Shown here: piece after piece, positions 9,218 through 20,200 of the stretch
Position numbering within the stretch: the stretch's first letter is position 1
Layout: each line of letters starts with the position of its first letter
IMG/VR virus record: IMGVR_UViG_3300032301_000105
Span: 1-36,960 of that record
DNA: 36,960 nt
Strand: one strand, 5' to 3'
Source of the DNA: a virus
Taxonomy: Duplodnaviria; Caudoviricetes
Made by a program: the position numbers and the translations under genes
The notes under the pieces: model-generated
Told to the model about the DNA's origin: nothing
Databases searched by the model: none
Seen by the model: the letters and a program-made list of their open reading frames with translations, nothing else

Positions 9218-12200
9218 TATACTACCTCACTTAAAAACAATGTCATATCAGGGCCATCAGAACTTTTTGAATAGTCTATATTGTATACTACAAACCTACT
9301 TGATGGGGATGATACCATGTTTATACCATTTTCTTCGTAGTCAAGAGTAACAATATCTCCTAGTTGAATAGTTGGAATTGCGAATATTCTAACACCAATA
9401 GACTTTCTTGGCTTTGTTATTTTCTCAACAAGCCATTTCATAAGGCTGTTTGCTTCATCATAAGACTGAATGTATGGGGTGTTTAATGAAAAATCTTTTT
9501 TACCGTAAGTCATACGGCTTAGTTTTATGTCTTGGTATTCTTGTTTAAACTTGTAAGGGTTTGAAATTAAATTGTCTGCAACAAATTGCGGATTAGATTC
9601 TAATGAATTTTTATTAAAATAATCATCAACACTTAATCTATTATCTGATTGCTGTGTAAATGTTACACCTTGAACTCTTAAATAGTTGCCCGTTGTCTCA
9701 TCTAAACTAATTGCAGTGTCTGTTGAATTAAAAATAATAAACTCTGCTCCATAAGATCCTGCCCTAAATCCTGAAACAACATATCCCTTAATTTTATTAA
9801 ATGTTGGAGATATCTTTGCAGTTAGTGCTGGAAAGGCTTTGTCATACTTAAAATTAAATATTGCGGCCTCTCTCATAATACTTCCAAACTCCTCAAAATA
9901 TATATCATATTTTGGTGCTTCAGAAGTTCCTATACCAGATAGGTATGTATTTTGAATTAGTCCGCTTAGGGCATACTTTCTAAATGACTCGTTAGCATCT
10001 ATGTCTGAATCTCCAAACACAGAGTTAACTGGTGCACCAAGTGAAAAGGCTGTATTCTGTGAGTAGTTATTACATAGGGCATATACATTTTCAAACATTA
10101 TTCTTGACGATCCCCTTGAGAATAGCGCCATACCTGAGTAGACTGGAAGAGGTTCTAAGTCATCAATAGTTTTAATTAGTTTTCCATTTAAATATAAATA
10201 AAATCTTCTTGTGCTTCCAATATCCTGATACTCTGCTGCTAGATCATATACTGTTGGATTTTCTTCTGCAACCATTCTTGCTTGGCCAGTAAATTTTCCA
10301 TCGTCTACAGTAATTTCTCCCAGACCTTCCCAAAGTTTTACTGGAACAGCCTTTCCATTTTCTGACTTAATCTTATAGAAAAATATATTGCTAACACTTT
10401 CTCTTTCATCTTTAGATAAATTTCCTAAACCTAATGCTGCGATTTCAAAATAATAGCCAACATTTGTTGTTGGGTTTACCATAAAAGAAAGCCCTCCAGA
10501 GCCACCAGAGATGTTTATATTTTTGTCTGGTGTACTTCCATTAACAACATGGTAAGTTGAGGATCCGTTTGGTGTTTGTCCTATGTCCAAATTATTTTCT
10601 ATCTTACCAACAATTCTCATTCTGGTTCCAAAGTGTTTATATTTTTTTGCCTCTAAAGATTTATAAACATATGAAATAAAATCTCTTGATTTTTCTTTAG
10701 TACTAAAGTTGGGACCATTTAAGCATAGGGCTGAAGCCTGAAGTGTTCCAGTTTGAATTGGAGTTGCTGTACTAATCTCTCCGATAAAAGAAGTTGACAT
10801 GAAGTTTTTAATAATGCCATTTCTAGAAGATGTTTTTGCTAAAGCATCAGAGGATGTTCCAGAAGCAGTTAGTTTTCCAGCGGAAGCAACGGTTGTTGTA
10901 GGCAAGACTAAGTCTTTTTGAAATAAGTATTCTGAAGACATATAGCATCCATTAACATTATCATCTGATTTCCAGTAGTCTGATACTCCAGCATTATGGG
11001 CTACAACTTGAGTTCCAAACTGCCCTCTTCCATGCTTATTTACTTTACCATTTTTTAACTTTATAGTTCCAGACACTTCTTCATATTTTGGCTCAGAATA
11101 AATTCTAACTAATCCTGTTGGATAAATTTTCCCATTAAATGGTAGTTTTGCAAAATAGTTTTGATAGTCTTCTGTTGCTGTTATCCAAACATTGCCAAGC
11201 CCAGTCACATTATACTGAACTGCATCATATTTAATAATTTCTCCCTGAGAATAAAAGTAACCATTGTACCTAGTTATCCAATAGGCTGCCTCGCCAAGAC
11301 TAAAGGTGTTATTGATTAGAACATTATTTTTTACTTCTGGTACATCTATAGATAGATCTGAGTTGAGAGGTATGGCACTAAGAACATATGCAGACTGATT
11401 TGCAACCTCATTATTTATAGATTTTGTGTTTTGGCTTCCAGAGACTTCCCAAAGTAATGCTGGCTTATAGGTATAGTATCTTTCATTGTCTACAAGGCTT
11501 GCCTGTCTAATTGACCCTATAGATCTTTGTATGTATCTTGTACTATAGTTAATTGATCCATCGTTATATACCGAATTTTCTTGAGTTGATACAGAAATAA
11601 CATTTGCCAACTTTGCTTTACTTGTTTTATTTTTTATTTCCTTATCCTCTATAAAATCTTTTGTTCCGTTAAGTGCAAATGTCGTTGGTCTTTCTGATAC
11701 TGTTGGCATAATATAGTTTTTACTCATCATAACAAAGTTATTATATTCATCAAAAAACATTGCTGTCTGAGTTGAAACAGCAAGATCTTGAAGAACCTGA
11801 GCCACACTGTTATCTGGGCTAACAAAAAAATATGGAATGACTATTTCTTTTTCATTTGCAACCCTCTTAAATGTGTAGTTAGAAAATCCGATGTGGTCTA
11901 AAAGCAAAGATACTGCAGAACTAACAGAAACTTCTGTCATTAATATTTCGGGGGCGGTAATTGATTCAAGATACCAGTACAAATCTCTTAAAGTTATAGA
12001 CACACGCTTTGTCATTAGGTCTTGCTTTGGAAATGAGTCTGAGTACAATGTCTTAATTGGAACATAATAATCCCATCCTGCAACATCAACTATTACCTCA
12101 TAAAACTTAAACTGAACATGTCTAGAAATATACTTTGCGATAATGCTGTTAGCGTTGTTAGTGTTAAAGGCCTGGTCATGATCAAAAAGAGTAATGTTTC

Positions 12201-13602
12201 CGTTTGAGGCTATAAGTTGCCCAACTGGTAATCCAGACAGTCCTAGGTCTGATGCACTCTTGTTGATGGAATAATCAATAGTCTTATCTGAAACATTTAA
12301 AACAAGTCTTGGAGAAATCTCAATAAGGTCAAATGTTGAATCTTTTTTGTTCATTGTTTCTACAACAATTCTTATTCCACTAATATATTCAAACTCTCTA
12401 AACTGTTGCTTGTTGTCTAGTGTACTAATAAACACATCTGGAGATGTTGCATCTGTAACAAAGTTTGTTAGCCTATCAACTGTTTCATCTTGTATGTACC
12501 ATCCATATTTTGGATTAAGCAATACATATTGAAGTCCATCCCAGATATGATACACTCCAGGATCTGTATTGTTTGGCTTAATTAAATATGCATAGCCAAT
12601 AACTGACTGCTCTGGTAGAAGTTCTTTGCTAGTATAGGTTTCTGCTAAAACAAAGTTTGCTCTCCACTCTTCAGGAATAATGAGTCCATAAGCAATTTCA
12701 ACATATCCGTCACTTTTAATTATAGGAGAACCATCTCGTCTTGTAATTGCTGGATTAAAAGACATAGCATCTACCCAATTGTTATCTTTTAAAAATTGAA
12801 TCTTCCACCTACTAGGAGTTTTTTGATTTAGTTCTCCGAAAAAAGGATCTGCATAAGATCCCGTAGAGGAAGAGAATGGTCCTAAATTCTCTGTTCCTAC
12901 ATGAGTTTGCATTTTAACTACAACTCTATTAGTTGGAACTTTTTCTTTGTAGACAACAAATGGCACAGCATCTTCTATTGAGTATTGAGATCCACGCACA
13001 TTAGATGCTATACCATACTCAGAATTTTCTACTACGCCCTTCTTTTCTTTTTTATCTTTATCAATAAATGTTTCATTAAATCCGTAAGCAACGGATGCAT
13101 CATTGTATGTGTACTTGTATCTGCTTTCAGTCCTGTAGGATGTCCAATACTTAAACTTATCATTTTTATCTGGCATATAATATCTTGGTCTGTCTGCCAT
13201 TAACAGGTTTGGGTGGTGTAATTTTCCATTCTCAAAAAATACTGCCTTATTAATTCCAGACCTTGGTCGAAACTGTGCAAAACAATCCTCTAAAGAATAT
13301 AGAGTTTGTAACTTTTCTTTTTTTGTTAATAGAGTTGTTGGATTTTCTGCATTATCAAATGTTCCATCAACGATAGTATCGGCATCAGTTGCTCCAGTAT
13401 AAAAAGTACCAGTATCATTAATATCAAAACTAGTAGGCAAGGATGCATAAGTAGATCCAGCCTGCGTTGGTCTATATCTATAGTTTCCTATATGTTTGAT
13501 ATTAGTTGGAATGTTCATATTCCACTCAGCAGTTATAATAGATTTATTTCTTATTGTTGATGATGTCTCTAAGAAATCTTGTAGTTCCTTATTTTCAAAC
13601 AT
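9217..13602 (-). CDS. large minor tail protein (tail tip/hub-like, 1461 aa)
   Basis: Start moved to ATG 13602 (TAATG overlap with the upstream stop); second gene after TMP; C-terminal PTIQLGDIVTL motif typical of tail-tip proteins. Confidence 0.7.
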   Translation of the reverse strand: MFENKELQDFLETSSTIRNKSIITAEWNMNIPTNIKHIGNYRYRPTQAGSTYASLPTSFDINDTGTFYTGATDADTIVDGTFDNAENPTTLLTKKEKLQTLYSLEDCFAQFRPRSGINKAVFFENGKLHHPNLLMADRPRYYMPDKNDKFKYWTSYRTESRYKYTYNDASVAYGFNETFIDKDKKEKKGVVENSEYGIASNVRGSQYSIEDAVPFVVYKEKVPTNRVVVKMQTHVGTENLGPFSSSTGSYADPFFGELNQKTPSRWKIQFLKDNNWVDAMSFNPAITRRDGSPIIKSDGYVEIAYGLIIPEEWRANFVLAETYTSKELLPEQSVIGYAYLIKPNNTDPGVYHIWDGLQYVLLNPKYGWYIQDETVDRLTNFVTDATSPDVFISTLDNKQQFREFEYISGIRIVVETMNKKDSTFDLIEISPRLVLNVSDKTIDYSINKSASDLGLSGLPVGQLIASNGNITLFDHDQAFNTNNANSIIAKYISRHVQFKFYEVIVDVAGWDYYVPIKTLYSDSFPKQDLMTKRVSITLRDLYWYLESITAPEILMTEVSVSSAVSLLLDHIGFSNYTFKRVANEKEIVIPYFFVSPDNSVAQVLQDLAVSTQTAMFFDEYNNFVMMSKNYIMPTVSERPTTFALNGTKDFIEDKEIKNKTSKAKLANVISVSTQENSVYNDGSINYSTRYIQRSIGSIRQASLVDNERYYTYKPALLWEVSGSQNTKSINNEVANQSAYVLSAIPLNSDLSIDVPEVKNNVLINNTFSLGEAAYWITRYNGYFYSQGEIIKYDAVQYNVTGLGNVWITATEDYQNYFAKLPFNGKIYPTGLVRIYSEPKYEEVSGTIKLKNGKVNKHGRGQFGTQVVAHNAGVSDYWKSDDNVNGCYMSSEYLFQKDLVLPTTTVASAGKLTASGTSSDALAKTSSRNGIIKNFMSTSFIGEISTATPIQTGTLQASALCLNGPNFSTKEKSRDFISYVYKSLEAKKYKHFGTRMRIVGKIENNLDIGQTPNGSSTYHVVNGSTPDKNINISGGSGGLSFMVNPTTNVGYYFEIAALGLGNLSKDERESVSNIFFYKIKSENGKAVPVKLWEGLGEITVDDGKFTGQARMVAEENPTVYDLAAEYQDIGSTRRFYLYLNGKLIKTIDDLEPLPVYSGMALFSRGSSRIMFENVYALCNNYSQNTAFSLGAPVNSVFGDSDIDANESFRKYALSGLIQNTYLSGIGTSEAPKYDIYFEEFGSIMREAAIFNFKYDKAFPALTAKISPTFNKIKGYVVSGFRAGSYGAEFIIFNSTDTAISLDETTGNYLRVQGVTFTQQSDNRLSVDDYFNKNSLESNPQFVADNLISNPYKFKQEYQDIKLSRMTYGKKDFSLNTPYIQSYDEANSLMKWLVEKITKPRKSIGVRIFAIPTIQLGDIVTLDYEENGINMVSSPSSRFVVYNIDYSKSSDGPDMTLFLSEVV

Positions 13603-14234
13603 TATACTTCTTCCAAAGTTACTGAGACATTCCAATAGTCAAAATTGGTTCCTCTTTTTTCTACAGAGTATGAAAAACTTGATATAAACATTTCTACAAG
13701 TTGGTTATACTGCTGCAGGTGATCATATGGGCTTTCTGTTCCTTTAAAAATTCCTTTTCTATCGTATGCAAGAAATACCCAGAAAGAACCTTTATGGCCG
13801 TCATACCATTCAAGCATATCTGCAGCACCTGCTCCGCCATCTGTTGTGTATGACTTGTGAGGAGATATTCCTGTTGTTGGATCAAATCCAGGAATATTTG
13901 CATGTGACCTTGAAGGAATCATTGTCCAACTAGTACTAATCTTCATCTTATCTGCAGTATGGTATGACCTCATACGGCCATTAATCATTCTTTCTCTTTT
14001 TTCAATACGCTCATCTGAAAAATCCAAAGGAGATCTATTGTCATCTGTAAGCATCAAGAACTGGTCTAATAGTTCTGGATCTGCTTCATCGGGAGCATTT
14101 ACACCTACCTCAAAACCATTTGGAACATACAAACCATTTATCAGGGTACCAGAGTTTTCAGACCATAGAATACCGCTAGGCCTGTTATATTTCTTTCGGC
14201 TCTGCATATAGGAAAACCTTTGATCATCTACCAT
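13602..14234 (-). CDS. distal tail protein-like
   Basis: Immediately downstream of TMP; ERMINGRMRSY and terminal WNVSVTLEEV resemble Dit/gpM-like proteins. Confidence 0.6.
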   Translation of the reverse strand: MVDDQRFSYMQSRKKYNRPSGILWSENSGTLINGLYVPNGFEVGVNAPDEADPELLDQFLMLTDDNRSPLDFSDERIEKRERMINGRMRSYHTADKMKISTSWTMIPSRSHANIPGFDPTTGISPHKSYTTDGGAGAADMLEWYDGHKGSFWVFLAYDRKGIFKGTESPYDHLQQYNQLVEMFISSFSYSVEKRGTNFDYWNVSVTLEEV

Positions 14235-17200
14235 TTATAACAACCCCTCTAACTCTTCTATCGTCAACTTCTTTAATTGTTGACATTACTGCCCTTGCAA
14301 TTTCATTTGGATTAGCATCTGTTTTTGCATTAACTGTCAATGTGTATGTATTATTATACACTGCCCCGCCAGTTGTATCTCCATTATTTATCTTCTTAAG
14401 ATTATCTACACCGTAAGAATCTACAGCATACTTGCTCATTACAAACTCTCCTGGAGTTAGCATTGCTGGAACTGTGTCAGTACCTACTGCATACCCTCCT
14501 GCTGCAAAATACTTAGGAACTAGTCCACCCATAGACATTCTGCCTTCAGAAAGTCTAAAGAATCCTCCACCACTAGTTAGCAACTTTGTTGCATTTGCTG
14601 CTGCTGCTTTGGCATCTGCTGCAGCCTGTGCTGCTGCAGCCTGTGCTTTTGCTGCTGCATCTGCTGCTGATTGTTGTGCTGCAGTTCTTCCTTTATCTCC
14701 ATCAAGTAACAGATAGTCTGAACGATCTCCAAGATCAAAACCAAGAGAAGAACTAAGGCCATCATCCTTACCCTTAATTGCCTTGTCTAATGCTGCAATT
14801 GCAGCGTCATCAATTGCCTTCTTTTCTTCAAGAACCTTTTTTTCATCTGCTGTGACTACTGCAGCAACTGCTCCCTTTATTTCTGGATCAGTTGAAGAAT
14901 ACGCTGCAGAGACTATTGGATCATTTCCGCTTGCTAGTTCTGTGTTATATCCGTTAATTAAATTATCTTTAGTACTTAAAGCAAGTTGCATTGATTCTAT
15001 AAACTTTTTACTATTTATCATAGCAAGGTCCACTTGGTTCTTTATTGCTTCCCAAGCATCTCTTGTTTTTCCGAGAACAGTTAGACCTTCAATATCTTTG
15101 TCTAACTGTATTTGTCTTAAACGAACAAACTCTTGTGCTGGTTCAATTCTATCTTCTTCAATTTTAAAGACTTCATCCTGAAGATTTTTAATTTCTTGCT
15201 CAAGTTGCTTTCTAGTTTTAAGTTTTCCGTCAGTCTTATCAAGTCCAGTTGCACCCATTAACTCGTACTCTCTAGACTTTTCTATTGCATCCTTTTGTTT
15301 TGTTACAGCATCGGCAGCCTGCTGCGCCCTCATATCTTGTGCTGCTCTGGCTGCTGCTGCGATGTCTCCAGATGTCAACGCTTCAGCAAGAGTTAGTTGG
15401 CCCTTTTGCTGATTAGAAATAGCAGCATTTGCTTTTTCTACTTCATCTAAAGCCTTAATTCTTTCATCATACTTATCGTTAATTTTTTGTTCTTGATCCT
15501 CGATAGCCTTAAGCGCTGCTTCTTTATCATCAACCTTATACTGAATTAATGCAATCTCTTCTTGTGCTTTTTTCATTACATCTTCTTGTGATTTTGTATC
15601 TAACTTAAACTTTATGTTAAGAGCAGTTTCCTGAACATCAAAAGCCTCCATAGCATTTCCAAAACCTTTATCGAACATATCCTGCATAAACCCAATAGTG
15701 CTCTTTAATTGATTTAGCCTTGTATCAAAGTTGTCAGATATCACCTTTAAATCATCTTGTGCAGTTTTAATATATTCTGGTTTAGATTTTGTGTCTATTA
15801 GTCTTTGTAGTTTTGCTTGTTGCGTAGCCCTAGCATCTTCTAGTGCTCTGAGGTTTTCATCTAACCCAAGTGCAAATGCCGTTGTTGAACTATAATTCTT
15901 TCTAATTCTATCTTCTTGCACTCTATCTTTTTTAAATTGATCTATGTCTGTTGTTACTGCTTTAACCGCTGCCTGTCTTTTTTGTGCTGCTGTTAATATG
16001 TTATAATTTTTTGCTAAAGTTGCAACTGATTTTGAGTTCTTTTCCATAGCAATTGCTTGAGCAAGTCCTGCATTCTCAACCAACTCATAGGCCTCTGCAA
16101 CTGGAACTCCTATAGAGGTTAACTTTTTAAAGGCTATTGCTTGATCTTTAATGACCTCAGTTTCTGCTTCTGTTTTTGAATTAAAGTCTCCCATGGCTAC
16201 TGAGTTTAGCGCTTCTTGAATATTTTTGGCATCCTTCTTTAAAGCAATAATGTTTCCCTTATTATCAAACTTAAATAAAGAATTCTTTTTCTTTTCGTAT
16301 TCTTTTGGATCCATACCGACAATGAGAGATATAAGGTCTTCACTTCCACCTATTTTCCTTATGTCATTTTCTATACCGCTGAAAGCATCAAGTGTCTTGC
16401 TGCCACCAAATAGGCCATCTAAGGCCTTACGAGAGGCACTCCAGCCTTCTGTGACCTTGATCTGGTTCTTTCGTACATCCCTTAGTTTCTTTACTAGGTC
16501 GTCTAGAGGTGAGGACTGTACTTTGGTTCCCGTTCCTGTAGTTGTGGTAGGTGGTGGCTTAGTTGTATCCCCTGAAGTCTCTGTTACAGTCTGAGTTTTG
16601 GCAGTAACATAATCTTGGAAACTTTTTCCAGCATTTGTTTTTCCATCTTCACCCTTTTCTCCTAGCCAATTTTTGTAGGCTAGTTGCATGGCTGGGTCGC
16701 CTTCCATGCTCATCATTACCTTCATGTTTTGTAAATAAACCTTTTGCTGCTCTGCAGGTAATTTGTCAAAGTATTCTTGGTCTGCCTTTAGCAATGCCAT
16801 TTCTTCTGCACCAAAAACTTCTGTTTTTGCTACAATATCTAAAGTTACTTTTCCCTTAAGAGCATCGATTACATCTATTGATTTTTGAAGATCTTTTGCT
16901 GCATCTGGATTTGAATTATAATAATTTAATAGAACATCTTTATCTACTACAGTTGCTGACTGAGATATTCTCTGAAATAGTTCAAGTTCTTTTTGTGCTT
17001 CAGCAGCAGTTTGAGTTTTTATGCGAGCAACAAAATCTGCTGCTTGTTTTTTGTCTTTAAACATGCCAACGATTCCCATCATTTGGTTAGCAAATGCTCC
17101 ACCAAATTGACCAATAATAGTAACTACCGATTCAACAGATGCCTTGTCCTTACCAAAAGTGTCAAAGATTTCAATCATTTGCATAGGATCAATTTGACCA

Positions 17201-20200
17201 CTAGCCATTTGCATTTTTAGTGTGTATTGCATCTCTTTGGATATGCCAGAATCATTTATCTGTGTTTGAGCAAGTGGAACCACATCTTCTAATGCTGTTC
17301 CTTTGTACTGCTTAGTAACTGCTTTATCTGCTCCCGTCATTAATGCATCTTTAGTTGCACCGTCTGATTCTGCATAACTCTTTTGAATGTCACCTACTAG
17401 TGTTGCATTTTCACCGAGCAACCTAAGTTGATCTGCTTCAAAATTTGTTGTTAGTCTTTTTATTTCCGCTGTATCTCCTGCAGCCTCTGCAACTGCAAGT
17501 TCTTTTTGATATTGCAATTCTACAGAATCTGTTAATTCTTGTTGTTGCTGTAAAGCAATTTTCTGCATAGCAACTGATGCACCAGAAGATTCTCCAATTC
17601 TTTTGCTTCTATCTTTTCTGCCAAAGAAGTTTCCTGCTATACCACCGATAGCAGTTCCTGCAAGGGCTCCTACCTTTGCTCCAATAACTGCTCCTGCTAT
17701 AGTTCCCGCTGGACCTACTATAGATCCAATTAGGCCTCCTATACCACCACCAGCAATCGCTCCACCTACTGCACCAATTCCCATACCTGCTGCAGTATAT
17801 CCAGCAGATACACCAGCATCCTTAGCAGTCCAACCTCCAGCCTTTCTTGCTGAGTCTGTAGAAAGATTCATTTTCTTTCTTGTTTCTTGCAAAAGCCTTA
17901 CTTCAAGGTCTACCCCATCCTTTAAAATATTTTCTCCTTTTGGCCCAAGAAGTTTAATAAGTTTTGCATTTACTTCAATTCCAAACGAATAATCTCCAAG
18001 TTCTTTTCCAAGGTTTGCTGCGATGCTTCGTGCTTGTTCGGCAGACAATACTCCAGATGCCACTGCGGTTGAAAGTTGATTTGCAACTTGATCTTTGGCA
18101 ACACCCTTACCACTCATCTTCATGGTTTGTGTAACATTTTTTGCCATGGCTTTTCCACCTTCACCCGCCATGTAAGATTCACCAAATGTTGTTTTCCCTG
18201 TCTTTATTTGGAAGGGAGAAAAAGAGTCTTTTCTTCGCTTGGACATGATCTCTCCTGCGCCAACTGTTGTTGAAAATTCGGATAGTGATTTCATAGCGTT
18301 TGATCCAGAGCCCATTGCTTCTGTAAGTTCCATTGCTGCATCTTGTGCTTTATCAAATGCTATTCTTTGATAAGCATATGCTGCCACTATTGCTCCGACT
18401 CCAACTGCAAGTGCTGCAAATTTATTTTGAAGCATTGGCATAATCATAGCCATACCCATTAGTGGCATCATTATCTTTTGTGAAATTTCCCCAACTTTTC
18501 CTGGAGCCATTGAACCAATCATTGCTACACCAGATGCAACACCCATTGCAGCACCCATACCTTGTCCACCTGGGCCTGATGCTTTTAGTGTTGACATTGT
18601 GTTGCTTTTAAATCTTTGTGCCTTAGTTGTTTCAAATTTTCCATTTGCCATCACTGGGCCAATTGGAGTTTGAGATACGGCAGGCGCTGGTGTAAATTGT
18701 GCTGCTGCCTTTTCACTAATAATTCTTTTTTGATATCCAACAGAGTTTGCAATCTTGCTTCGCTTTTCCATTTGTCTACGTAAAGACTTTGCTTCTGCAT
18801 CTATTGGCCCAACACCGTACAATTTAGTTCTTGATGCTGCAATCTTTGCCTGTGTTTTTGCATCTTCTCTTTGAATCTTTTGCAGTCTTCTTCTTACAGA
18901 TTTTGCTTCAGCATCTACTGGTCCCGCACCATATAGCGCTGTTCTTGATGCTGCTGCTGCTGATTGAGATAGAGTTGTTCCAATTGTACTTCCAACTGCT
19001 TTTGCTTCAGCAATAGATGTTTTTGCTCCAGCAACTACTGCATCTGACAGCCTGACAACTGATCCTGGCATAGAAAGATTTTGTTTTGTAAGGTCAATGT
19101 TAGGAGCATCTGCTTTTCCAATAACTCTTCCTCTGGGGCCTTGACGAACTTGTGAAGCAACACTCTTTGGTGCAACTCTTGTATCTTTAATACTGCCAGA
19201 GTCTGACTTTAATTTACCATTGTTTGGCTTTGTAGATATTGGCTTTATATCGCCCTTCTTATCTTGAAGAACTTCATCTGGCTTTACTAGAATTGAGCGA
19301 TGGAAGTTGTAAACCTTTTTCCAGTCTGCATCCAATCCAGCCTGAAGCCTCTTGTACATATCTTCATAAACTTTCTTGGCTGGATCTCCGTCAGCAAGTT
19401 TAAATCCATCGATAGTCTTTCTTAGTTTTGGAAGAGTTCTATTAATCTCTTCCTTTATCTTTCTCTCGTAATCTTCTGCAGATTGAATATTTTGAGGAAT
19501 ATCTGCAGTTGCATTTCCAAACCAGAAAGGTGATGCATTGGCATTTGCTCCTGGAACACCCTTTAGGTTGTGCATTGCTATGTCTTGCATTGATGGAAGA
19601 CCTGCTGAATATGATCTTGTTCCCGAAGCCTTATCAAATACTCCTGCTGCTCCAACATCTGCTAGAACATTTCCTCCAAGATTACCTTTCTTAAGATCTT
19701 TATCTGCACGAAGGCTTGAAGCAACTAATTGTCTAAAATAATCTCTTTCAGTAAATGTTTTTGGCATTGTGTTAGGGTCAAATCTTGGATCAAATGGAGA
19801 CTCTAATACAATAACCTTTCTTTTCTTATTAACATCTGGCTCATCAATATCCGTAGGATCAATCATTGTTCTAATTGTTTGCTTTGGTGCTGCTAGTCCA
19901 TGAACACTTCTTGCAATTTCTGTTGCTCTTTTTTCTGCTACAGCATCTAATTCGCTTAACATTGGCTTTACAAATACTTTTTTACCGTCTGGCTTTGTAT
20001 AAACGCCTCCGATAGTTGACATGAAATTGCTTCTTCCAGAACTTTGTGTTTCTTGAACACCAAAGTTTGTTGGCTTCTTTGCACCGTACTGTGTTTGGCT
20101 TGCTGCTGTTGCAACTTCTTTTAACTTTTCTTTATGCTCTAATGCTTTTTCAATATCTATTAATTTTGGTGCAACGAGTGGAACTGCAATCTTTGTTTTC

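Noticed and set aside
14590-14685. GCTGCT/GCAGC-rich repetitive DNA
   Set aside because: It encodes the Ala-rich linker AAQQSAADAAAKAQAAAAQAAADAKAAAANA of the TMP; not a CRISPR array or regulatory repeat.
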